Virus record (IMG/VR): IMGVR_UViG_2541047727_000009
Source: a virus
Taxonomy: Duplodnaviria > Heunggongvirae > Uroviricota > Caudoviricetes > Peduoviridae
Length of the DNA stretch: 31,660 nucleotides
Reading direction: 5' to 3' (one strand)
The position numbers and the translations under genes were made by a program. How positions within the stretch are numbered: the stretch's first letter is position 1; every line of letters starts with the position of its first letter. A model generated the notes under the pieces. It was not told the DNA's origin. It did no database searches and saw nothing but the letters and a program-made list of their open reading frames with translations. Of the stretch, positions 1-7,266 are shown in pieces.

Positions 1-219
1 TCACATCCACATAATTTGCTGCCCTGACGGCAACGGGTGCGGCCTTACGGCGTGGACTTCTCCCGGCTTCACGATGTATCTCTGTACCGACTCATAGGTG
101 ATGAACGTGGCGCTGCAATTCACGTTCTGACACTGGTGATAACGCTCTTTTGTCGTGTCAGTGATATAGCGACTTGTACGCGCATGTGCGGCATGCTGGC
201 ATAAAGGACAATGAAACAT
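1..219 (-). CDS. ogr: Ogr-type zinc-finger late-gene transcriptional activator (72 aa from internal ATG; ORF track extends to 282)
   Basis: Product MFHCPLCQHAAHARTSRY...CQNVNC has the C-x2-C...C-x4-C zinc-finger pattern of P2 Ogr/Delta; sits downstream of D as in P2; ATG at 219 gives the 72-aa length of P2 Ogr; stop is the first 3 nt of the window. Confidence 0.85.
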   Translation of the reverse strand: MFHCPLCQHAAHARTSRYITDTTKERYHQCQNVNCSATFITYESVQRYIVKPGEVHAVRPHPLPSGQQIMWM

Positions 220-300
220 CGCGAGCACCTCTTCCGGTTTTGTTGATGGTGCCATTTTAGTTAATTTATCCTTATAAAACAAACAGATAAAATAAAAACA

Positions 301-1464
301 TCACTCATCATCTTCTGTTTCATACTCCACATCAGAAAGCCTGACCTCAAGCTCTAAGGACGTCGTGAAGCCGCTATTATTCAGAAAATGTGTTACCTTA
401 GTGATTGTCCAGTCCTGCTCGTCTATGACGCGCTTAAAGCCTGACACTTTGACCGGCGTTTCCGTGTAAATATCTGCCCGACCGGTAGCCAGGCTGATGG
501 AGAACTCCGCTACGCCCCGTTGCAGTTTATCCCACTTCGCCTGAGCAGCGCGCATGGCCTGTGCTTTCGTGGCATATACCGTGGTCAGGGCAAAAACGTT
601 GTCAGCCTCACCGGCTATGTATTCACCTTCGCGCGCTTCCGGTACTTTTGGCGCTTTCTTCTGCCTGACCGGTTTCGCTTTCGGGTGCTCCAGTGCGCGC
701 AGGTGTTTTTCTTTCTTTTTGCGTTTCAGTTTTACCTTCTGCTTTTGTGGTTTCGGGTCTTTGGTGTGTAACCACTTTGCCGTTACGCCGGTATAGGCTC
801 CACGGTCAGCAATCGCAAAATGATGACGGTCACCGTCACTGCGGGTGATGGTAATCTGCGGGATTTTTTTACCGCTGGCCGTCACCCCCTGCCCCGCTTT
901 GAGAAACAACAGTTTTCCCATTTTTACCGACACCTCACCGCCGTTGCGTTCTGCAAGACGGGTCAGGAATTTCGCATCAGACTCCTGCGACTGGTCGATG
1001 TGCGGGATTTTAATTCCGGCCAGTGACGGCGCGACACTGGCTTCCAGCCTGTTACGGGAGGCTATTGCCTCAACAATCGCACCGAGCGTGGTGTCATGCC
1101 AGGAGCCTTCACGGCGGGAATTGAGCGTGCCACGAAAATCTGCACTCCGGGCGCGGATGGTGACCACATCCGGCGCGCCCCGGTGTTCAACCTCATCAAC
1201 GGTAAATTTCCCTTTGCATACCAGGGCAAAACCTTTCCAGCCGATATACACCGTCAGGACAGCGCCACGAACAGGCAGCCCGACCTGCCCGTCGGCATCG
1301 TTCAGTTCAATATCAAGCTGGTCAGCCTCAAAGCCCCGGTTATCCGTCAGGGTCATGCTCATCAGACGGTCGCTGATATTGCCGGTAATATCCCTGCTGT
1401 CGAGCATCAGCATGTAATCCGGCGTCAGCGTACTGCCTGCATCAAATGTCAGCGCATCCAGCAT
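301..1464 (-). CDS. D: tail protein D (late control gene D), 387 aa
   Basis: 387-aa ORF with ATG start, directly downstream of U with 1-nt TAATG overlap; length and position equal P2 gpD. Confidence 0.9.
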   Translation of the reverse strand: MLDALTFDAGSTLTPDYMLMLDSRDITGNISDRLMSMTLTDNRGFEADQLDIELNDADGQVGLPVRGAVLTVYIGWKGFALVCKGKFTVDEVEHRGAPDVVTIRARSADFRGTLNSRREGSWHDTTLGAIVEAIASRNRLEASVAPSLAGIKIPHIDQSQESDAKFLTRLAERNGGEVSVKMGKLLFLKAGQGVTASGKKIPQITITRSDGDRHHFAIADRGAYTGVTAKWLHTKDPKPQKQKVKLKRKKKEKHLRALEHPKAKPVRQKKAPKVPEAREGEYIAGEADNVFALTTVYATKAQAMRAAQAKWDKLQRGVAEFSISLATGRADIYTETPVKVSGFKRVIDEQDWTITKVTHFLNNSGFTTSLELEVRLSDVEYETEDDE

Positions 1465-1943
1465 TATCCCGCCCCCGTCATACCCGTGAATTTAGTCGCC
1501 ATACTGCCGGCCTTACCGATGAGCGACTCCGCCTGTTTACCGATATCGCCATAAAGCGCGGCCAGTGATTCATCAACGCGGGTGAGCGACAGCGTAAAAT
1601 CAATTTTCCGGGGTGTGCCGTCTGCAAAGAAAATACTCCCTGTTTCACTCACCCTGCTGATGACATACATACCGTAAATCATGCCGGTGCCATCCAGCAA
1701 CGGCCACGCCCGGCCTTCCTCTGCCATCAGTCTGAGCGTGGTCATCGTCAGCTTGCCGCCGGTCAGTTCGGGATAAAGCACACCGGCAAGCGTGATGTTT
1801 TCCTCGCCCACACCGAGAAACTGAAAGGCATCCCGTTTACCGATACGGGAATTTGACGGCCAGCGATAATCTGATTCACGCTGCATGGTCTGGTGTGGCA
1901 GCGTCTGGCGCATAAAAACAAACATACCTAACGCGAGCATCAT
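1464..1943 (-). CDS. U: tail protein U, 159 aa
   Basis: 159-aa ORF between tape measure and D; same size and order as P2 gpU. Confidence 0.9.
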   Translation of the reverse strand: MMLALGMFVFMRQTLPHQTMQRESDYRWPSNSRIGKRDAFQFLGVGEENITLAGVLYPELTGGKLTMTTLRLMAEEGRAWPLLDGTGMIYGMYVISRVSETGSIFFADGTPRKIDFTLSLTRVDESLAALYGDIGKQAESLIGKAGSMATKFTGMTGAG

Positions 1944-1957
1944 TTTTCGTCACCTCC

Positions 1958-4405
1958 TTAACCGTCATGCATCATGCTGGCACGGGCGCGCGCACGTTTA
2001 TCCCGCTCGTATTTTTCGAGCGCATCCTGTAACTGGCGGTCGAGCTGAGTCCCCGGCGCAGTACCGCCCGTCAGACTGATGTGATATTCGTTTTTACTCT
2101 GGTCCACATAAGAGCGGCCAGCCGGTGCCGTAACCGGCTGATAAGCCTGATAGCCTGCATAAGAGCTGGTCGCCGGAATATAACCACCGGTGCCATACGT
2201 GGCGGCATGAGTTCTGGCGGCGGTCTGGTCAAGCGTGCCTGACTCTTTGTTGATAACACCGAGTTTTTCCAGTACCCAGTCAATACCGCTGCGCAGTTTG
2301 TTGAACGCATTAAGCGGCAGCATCAACGCGTCAGCCAGTGCCTGCCCGAACATGACGCCCGTATCACGGCAACGGTTCAGGGTGTCCCGAGTGGCTTTGA
2401 CCGGGGCAATCAGGTTTTTAAACCACTGCCACGCGGCCTGTAACTTTTCGCCCAGCCAGTCAAACACCGGCTTAAGTGGCGTGAACAGTTCCCCCACCGG
2501 CGCAAATGCCGCTTTCAGCCCTTCAACCACACCGCCAAAGAATGCGCTGACAGGCTCCCAGTATTTACGGATAAGTAACGCCCCGGCGACAATGGCGGCC
2601 ACCACGGCCACAACCGGCCAGCTAATCGCCCCGATGGCCGTCATAACAACACTGCCAACCGTCGTGAAGATTGCTCCCATTGCGCCTGCTGCCGCGATGA
2701 TGGCATTGATGCCGGTGATAACCGGCCAGGCTACGAGGCCAATGGCACCGATGACACCAATCAGCGCCAGTGCACCACCGACAATGATGCCGATGGTTGA
2801 CGCCAGTGATTTGTTTTTCTGTATCCAGCCGTCGAGTTTTAACACATACTTTGTGGCCGTCTGCGTGAGCTTACGCAGTGCGCCTTCCTGCTGGTCAAAC
2901 AGGTCAGTCCCCACCGCCTCATAAGCGGACTGAAACTCCTTAAAGTCACCGCCGAGGTTGTCCTGCATGATATTTACCAGCTCGGCGGTCTTCCCGTCTG
3001 AGGCTTTAAACGCAGCGGTCAGTTTGTCCAGCTTTCCGGTTGAGGCGGCAGTCATCAGCACGGCGGCGGCTGAGCTGGCCTCCTCCCCGAAAATAGTTTT
3101 CATGTATTCAGCCTGCTGGGCAGTACCGAGCCGGTTTTTCTCAAAACTGGCCTGCATTTCTTTCAGAATGGTAAATACTGGTCGAGTATTCCCTTTACTG
3201 TCTGAGGTTTTCACGCCAAGCTCTTTCAGTGCATCCCATGCTTTTCCCGTCGGTGCCTGCAGGCGGCTTAACACGGCACGGCTTCCCGTCCCCGCCATTG
3301 AACCGGTAATTTTTGCATCATGCAGCGCCCCGACCATTGCGGCGGTTTCTTCAATGCTGACACCAGCATTTTTTGCCACAGGTGCGGCATAGGTCAGCGC
3401 ATCGCTCATGCCATCAAAATCGGCGGCGGTTTTGTTCATCGTCATGGAGAGAACATCCCCGATATGAGCGACCTTATCGTTTGAAAGCTGAAAGGCGGAT
3501 TTCATCCCCATCAGCAGGGCGGCGTTTTCTTCCATCGTGCGACGGTTCGCCAGCGCCATATTCAGCGTGACCGGCGTTGCCGCCTGAATGGCATCAACAT
3601 CCCCACCGGCTTTCGCAATAATAATCTGCGCACCGGCTGCATCATCTGCCGAGGCTGCGGTATTGTCGCCGAGCTGGCGCGCCTGCTTGCGTAGTGCAGC
3701 CATTTCGGCGGAGTCTTTTGCCACACCGAGCACAGCCTGCAATTCTGAGTTTTTCTGCGCAAACTCATAACCGGGCATCAGCAACTTAACTCCGGCCATC
3801 GTTCCCGCAGCAGCAATCCCCACACCGGCAGCGCCCACTGAGGCCATATTTCCGGCCAGTTCCTTTCCGGCCTGATAACGCTGTTTTACTGCGTTAAGTT
3901 TTGCCTGTTGTGCACTGACACGCGCCAGCGCGTCACGCTGACGGTTAAGCTGTGCGGTGGTTTCACTGATACGGTTTTTCAGTCCCTGCTCATCATGTGC
4001 AAGATTGCGGGTATTAATTCCCACAGCGGCCAGTTCCCGCTGCTGGCGTTTAACGGAATCTGTCAGGCGGTTATATTTCGCCTGTAAGTCCTCCGCCGCA
4101 CGCTTTGCGGATTCCAGCACTTTCGCCTGAGCACGGGTCGGACGTTCAGTGTTTTTAAACTGTGTGGCAAGGGCTTCGGCTTCCTGCCGTGCCTTTTCAA
4201 GTGCATGACCAGTCACGGCAAGCTGTGCGCTGGTCTTGCGAAATCCCTCAATACGGGATGCGTGACCGTTCAGCTCGCGCAGTGATTTTTGTGTTTCCCG
4301 GATATCCCCCGACAGCGACTTACTCGCTGTGCGGATGGATTTAAACGGGCGGGATGCCTGGTCAACAGCCCTGAGCAATACCTGTAATTTTACATTGTTA
4401 CTCAT
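1958..4405 (-). CDS. T: tail tape measure protein T, 815 aa
   Basis: 815-aa Ala/Gly-rich ORF with coiled-coil N-terminus and hydrophobic glycine-rich central segment typical of tape measure proteins; start ATG overlaps the E' stop codon. Confidence 0.9.
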   Translation of the reverse strand: MSNNVKLQVLLRAVDQASRPFKSIRTASKSLSGDIRETQKSLRELNGHASRIEGFRKTSAQLAVTGHALEKARQEAEALATQFKNTERPTRAQAKVLESAKRAAEDLQAKYNRLTDSVKRQQRELAAVGINTRNLAHDEQGLKNRISETTAQLNRQRDALARVSAQQAKLNAVKQRYQAGKELAGNMASVGAAGVGIAAAGTMAGVKLLMPGYEFAQKNSELQAVLGVAKDSAEMAALRKQARQLGDNTAASADDAAGAQIIIAKAGGDVDAIQAATPVTLNMALANRRTMEENAALLMGMKSAFQLSNDKVAHIGDVLSMTMNKTAADFDGMSDALTYAAPVAKNAGVSIEETAAMVGALHDAKITGSMAGTGSRAVLSRLQAPTGKAWDALKELGVKTSDSKGNTRPVFTILKEMQASFEKNRLGTAQQAEYMKTIFGEEASSAAAVLMTAASTGKLDKLTAAFKASDGKTAELVNIMQDNLGGDFKEFQSAYEAVGTDLFDQQEGALRKLTQTATKYVLKLDGWIQKNKSLASTIGIIVGGALALIGVIGAIGLVAWPVITGINAIIAAAGAMGAIFTTVGSVVMTAIGAISWPVVAVVAAIVAGALLIRKYWEPVSAFFGGVVEGLKAAFAPVGELFTPLKPVFDWLGEKLQAAWQWFKNLIAPVKATRDTLNRCRDTGVMFGQALADALMLPLNAFNKLRSGIDWVLEKLGVINKESGTLDQTAARTHAATYGTGGYIPATSSYAGYQAYQPVTAPAGRSYVDQSKNEYHISLTGGTAPGTQLDRQLQDALEKYERDKRARARASMMHDG

Positions 4406-4825
4406 TCGTGTTTCCGCTTCGCCGGAGCGCCTTTTCGCGCCATGTGATGAGTTCGGTCAGGCTCATGGGATACAGTTCTGATGGCGGCCAGTGAAATATC
4501 ACTGCCACATCCGCCATCAGGTCATCGACCGAGAGATTTTTCGGGAACGTTACTGCACCGAGTTCGGCGACAAAAAACCGACCACCTTACCGGCCAGCGC
4601 CACAAGGTCAGGCAGTTCCAGCGCGGCGACTTCCTGCTCGGTCAGCATCGGTGCCGTCATGCGCGGCAGCACCTTAATCAGTGCATCGACTTCGGAGTTC
4701 GCGACCGCAGCCAGACTGACACCGCGCAGCGTCCCGGCATTAGGTTTCATCAGCGTGACCTGTTCGATAACCTGCTCACCACGCTTGACCGGATTGTCCA
4801 GGGTAATCACATTTTCTTTGTTCAT
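4398..4825 (-). CDS. E': E+E' tail chaperone fusion made by programmed -1 frameshift (142 aa)
   Basis: Minus-strand mRNA reads GGT TTT TTG at 4579-4571 (T6G slippery heptamer); the -1 frame from there is open for 57 codons and ends TAA at 4400-4398, overlapping the T start ATG (AATGAGTAA). 85 + 57 = 142 aa. Confidence 0.7.
4550..4825 (-). CDS. E: tail assembly chaperone E, 91 aa
   Basis: 91-aa ORF upstream of T, downstream of FII; 3' end contains the T6G slippery run. Confidence 0.85.
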   Translation of the reverse strand: MNKENVITLDNPVKRGEQVIEQVTLMKPNAGTLRGVSLAAVANSEVDALIKVLPRMTAPMLTEQEVAALELPDLVALAGKVVGFLSPNSVQ

Positions 4826-4853
4826 GGTTTTCTCACTTCTGAATCGGGGTTAA

Positions 4854-4874
4854 CCGGTCAGCCAGGCTGACCGG
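4854..4874. repeat. perfect 21-bp palindrome CCGGTCAGCC-A-GGCTGACCGG between FII and E
   Basis: Read directly from sequence; 10-bp arms, single central base; no T-run follows on the coding strand. Confidence 0.5.
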
Positions 4875-4881
4875 ATGAAAA

Positions 4882-5400
4882 TCACAGGCCGATATTGCGG
4901 CGGTGTTGCTCCAGCCGGTCGACGCCGTTCACCTTCTCAATCATGTTGATGGTGTCGATTTCGACCAGCTCCTTACCGTCCATCGTCAGCCGGAAATAGG
5001 TGCAGACCACGGAGATTTTCGACTCGGTGTCTTCTCCCTGTTTGCCCTCGCCGGTGTCGATTTCTTTCTGACGTCCACGCATGACCACCTCGACGGCCAC
5101 CGTTTCGCCGGTATCGTCGCGCTGGTAAGAGCCTGCAAAACGAATCGGTACGGAATCCACACCGGTTGCGGCGTAAAGCTCCCAGATAACCGAATCCGGG
5201 AAGCCACCGAGCGACCACTCCATTGACAGCGCATCTTCATCAAGGCCGAGGTCTACCGGTGCGCTGCCGTTCATCCCCGCACCGCGATAGTTTTCGAGCT
5301 TACGGGTCAGTTTTGGCAGCGTGACGGACTTCGCGACGCCCTGATAGCTGTAGCCGTTCAGAAAGACGTTCATTAACTTGAGTTTGCGCGGCATTGCCAT
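4882..5400 (-). CDS. FII: tail tube protein FII, 172 aa
   Basis: 172-aa ORF directly downstream of the sheath gene; size and order equal P2 FII. Confidence 0.9.
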   Translation of the reverse strand: MAMPRKLKLMNVFLNGYSYQGVAKSVTLPKLTRKLENYRGAGMNGSAPVDLGLDEDALSMEWSLGGFPDSVIWELYAATGVDSVPIRFAGSYQRDDTGETVAVEVVMRGRQKEIDTGEGKQGEDTESKISVVCTYFRLTMDGKELVEIDTINMIEKVNGVDRLEQHRRNIGL

Positions 5401-5412
5401 CGGTCAGGCTCC

Positions 5413-6603
5413 TTAATTGCTGTTAACCGAGGTGACCAGATTTGCCAGGTATTTATCGGTAATACGCTGGCGCAGGGTCAGGTTTTCAAGAGGAGGCACC
5501 GGTGTATAGTCGTAGTCGATATACAGTTTTCCGGCCTTGAGGGTTTCCGCATCGTTGGATTCTTCGCTGAACCAGCAGGTCGCATCCACGATATAGCCGT
5601 TTGTTTTCAGCTCACGGAATTTGGCATTGATGCCGTCAACGATGTCGCGAATCAGCGTTGCGGTGATGGGCTTGTCCACCGCCCACATGTGCGCCTCAGC
5701 CATCGTGTCGGCCAGCACCTGCGCGGTGCGGGTGTAGTTTTCAAAGAGGAACAGCGGGTCATCGGAGCAGGTACGGTTACCCCAGAAGCGGAAACCGTCG
5801 CGGCGAATCAGCGTTGTGACGCCTGACTCGTTAAGCAGGTCAGCATCGGTGCCGGACTCCTGCAAATCCCAGAATACAGATGCGCTGATGCCGGTAACAC
5901 CGTTCACCCCGACATTGGACAGCGTTTTATGCCAGCCCTGCTCCTGGTCGATTTTAGCGCGCAGACCCAGCGCACGGGCGGTGGCATACGCGGTGGCGGT
6001 GGTACTGCTGACCGTATCCCATGCGAGGAAATCCGGCCAGATGACCATCAGCTCACGCTGGCTGAAATTCTGGCGGTAGGCTTTCACCTCGGAAATGGTC
6101 TTACAGCCCCATGCGCTGATATACCCAAAAGCGCGCAGCTTCTGACAGACTGATGCCAGTGCAACAGCCACCTCTTTGGTGTCCAGTCCCGGCACACCAA
6201 GAATACGCGGTTTAACACCGGTTACCGACTCCGCCGCCAGCAGGGCTTTCAGTCCGGTGTACTGACCGTTTTCGTCAGTGGTGCCGATGATATTGGAAAC
6301 GGTCTGCGCGAGTTTCGTTTCTTCGTCTTCGCCGGTGCCGTCTTCCACACGCACGACAACGGTGACCGGTTTTGACTGGTCGGCGATGGCCTGCAACGAT
6401 GCCGCCAGCGTGCCTTTTTTACCGGCCTTTGCAATTGCGCTCTGCACATTGGTAATCAGCACCGGTTTATTGAGGGGAAAGGTTTCCGCATCCGCATCGC
6501 TGGCCGTGCAGACCATGCCGGCAATGGCCGTGGATACGGTGGAAATGACGCGGGTGCCGTCGTTAATCTCCAGCACCTGCACGCCGTGATGATAGTCACT
6601 CAT
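5413..6603 (-). CDS. FI: contractile tail sheath protein FI, 396 aa
   Basis: 396-aa ORF, first gene of the F-E-T-U-D block; size equals P2 FI. Confidence 0.9.
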   Translation of the reverse strand: MSDYHHGVQVLEINDGTRVISTVSTAIAGMVCTASDADAETFPLNKPVLITNVQSAIAKAGKKGTLAASLQAIADQSKPVTVVVRVEDGTGEDEETKLAQTVSNIIGTTDENGQYTGLKALLAAESVTGVKPRILGVPGLDTKEVAVALASVCQKLRAFGYISAWGCKTISEVKAYRQNFSQRELMVIWPDFLAWDTVSSTTATAYATARALGLRAKIDQEQGWHKTLSNVGVNGVTGISASVFWDLQESGTDADLLNESGVTTLIRRDGFRFWGNRTCSDDPLFLFENYTRTAQVLADTMAEAHMWAVDKPITATLIRDIVDGINAKFRELKTNGYIVDATCWFSEESNDAETLKAGKLYIDYDYTPVPPLENLTLRQRITDKYLANLVTSVNSN

Positions 6604-6735
6604 CCGTTTAACTCCGTGGTTAATGGGTGAGTGGTATTTTCAGTTGTGCCGGAGATGTCAGGCTATTTGTCCCGGTTGGCTAATCGACAGCACAACCACC
6701 GGTAAAGAAAAGACGGGCAATCAGCCCGCCTGTGT
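6604..6735 (-). promoter_or_regulatory. G-FI intergenic region: weak hairpin plus T-run after G, and expected Ogr-dependent late promoter for FI; no cargo gene at the P2 Z/fun position
   Basis: 132-bp gap; minus strand has CGGGC-N5-GCCCG followed by TCTTTTCTTT just after the G stop; exact promoter elements not identified. Confidence 0.35.
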
Positions 6736-7263
6736 TTATTGCGGTATTTCCGGCCATTCAGGATTTGCAGGATCCACACGGCTGACCAGAACACTGTAGC
6801 GTTCCCATGCTTCCAGTCGGCTACGCTCCTCATCTGTTGCCATGTTCAGCCTGACAGCGCGCTCCAGTGGCTGAATAACGCTTTCCGCTTCGGAAAGTAA
6901 CGCGGCCTTTTGTGATTCTGCCAGTTGCTGCTGTTCGTCTGCCGTATAAATCCGCTTAATCACAGCACCATCCTTAAACATCCATTTACCTGAGTCATCA
7001 GCACGTCGGTTGGCGGTAATATCAGGAACCTCGACAACGCTAAAACCTTCAGGGTTAAGCGTTGAAGCATCTCTGGTGATGCCGACAATTATATTATTCT
7101 CGTCGTAAACAATCTTTATCGTGTCTTCCTGAAAATTACTTACTTCCTCATACCAGTTTTTTCCCTCTTCGGACCATAACCAGATAACATCAAAATTTTT
7201 TGTCAGTTGATATTGGGCAACAGTTTTTGGATTACCCGCAGTAATATTTTTTAAATGCTGCAT
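6736..7263 (-). CDS. G: tail fibre assembly chaperone G, 175 aa
   Basis: 175-aa ORF immediately downstream of the tail fibre gene; size and position equal P2 gpG; AT-rich like the distal part of H. Confidence 0.85.
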   Translation of the reverse strand: MQHLKNITAGNPKTVAQYQLTKNFDVIWLWSEEGKNWYEEVSNFQEDTIKIVYDENNIIVGITRDASTLNPEGFSVVEVPDITANRRADDSGKWMFKDGAVIKRIYTADEQQQLAESQKAALLSEAESVIQPLERAVRLNMATDEERSRLEAWERYSVLVSRVDPANPEWPEIPQ

Positions 7264-7266
7264 AAA

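Noticed and set aside
220-282. N-terminal extensions in the ORF track (ogr to 282, X to 15416, L to 15916, O to 18755, P from 18833, A to 28205, C from 30134, int from 30650, insH to 23700)
   Set aside because: Internal ATG codons give products of the sizes known for the P2 proteins and show overlap coupling or ribosome-binding sites; several track starts are GTG or TTG codons without a ribosome-binding site.
845-1417. 190-aa plus-strand ORF antisense to gene D; similar antisense ORFs at 2235..2924, 9875..10504, 10308..11036, 15953..16552, 18890..19600 and 20114..20563
   Set aside because: They lie wholly inside well-supported P2 structural genes on the opposite strand, have Arg/Ser/Pro-rich low-complexity translations typical of shadow frames in GC-rich DNA, and lack ribosome-binding sites.
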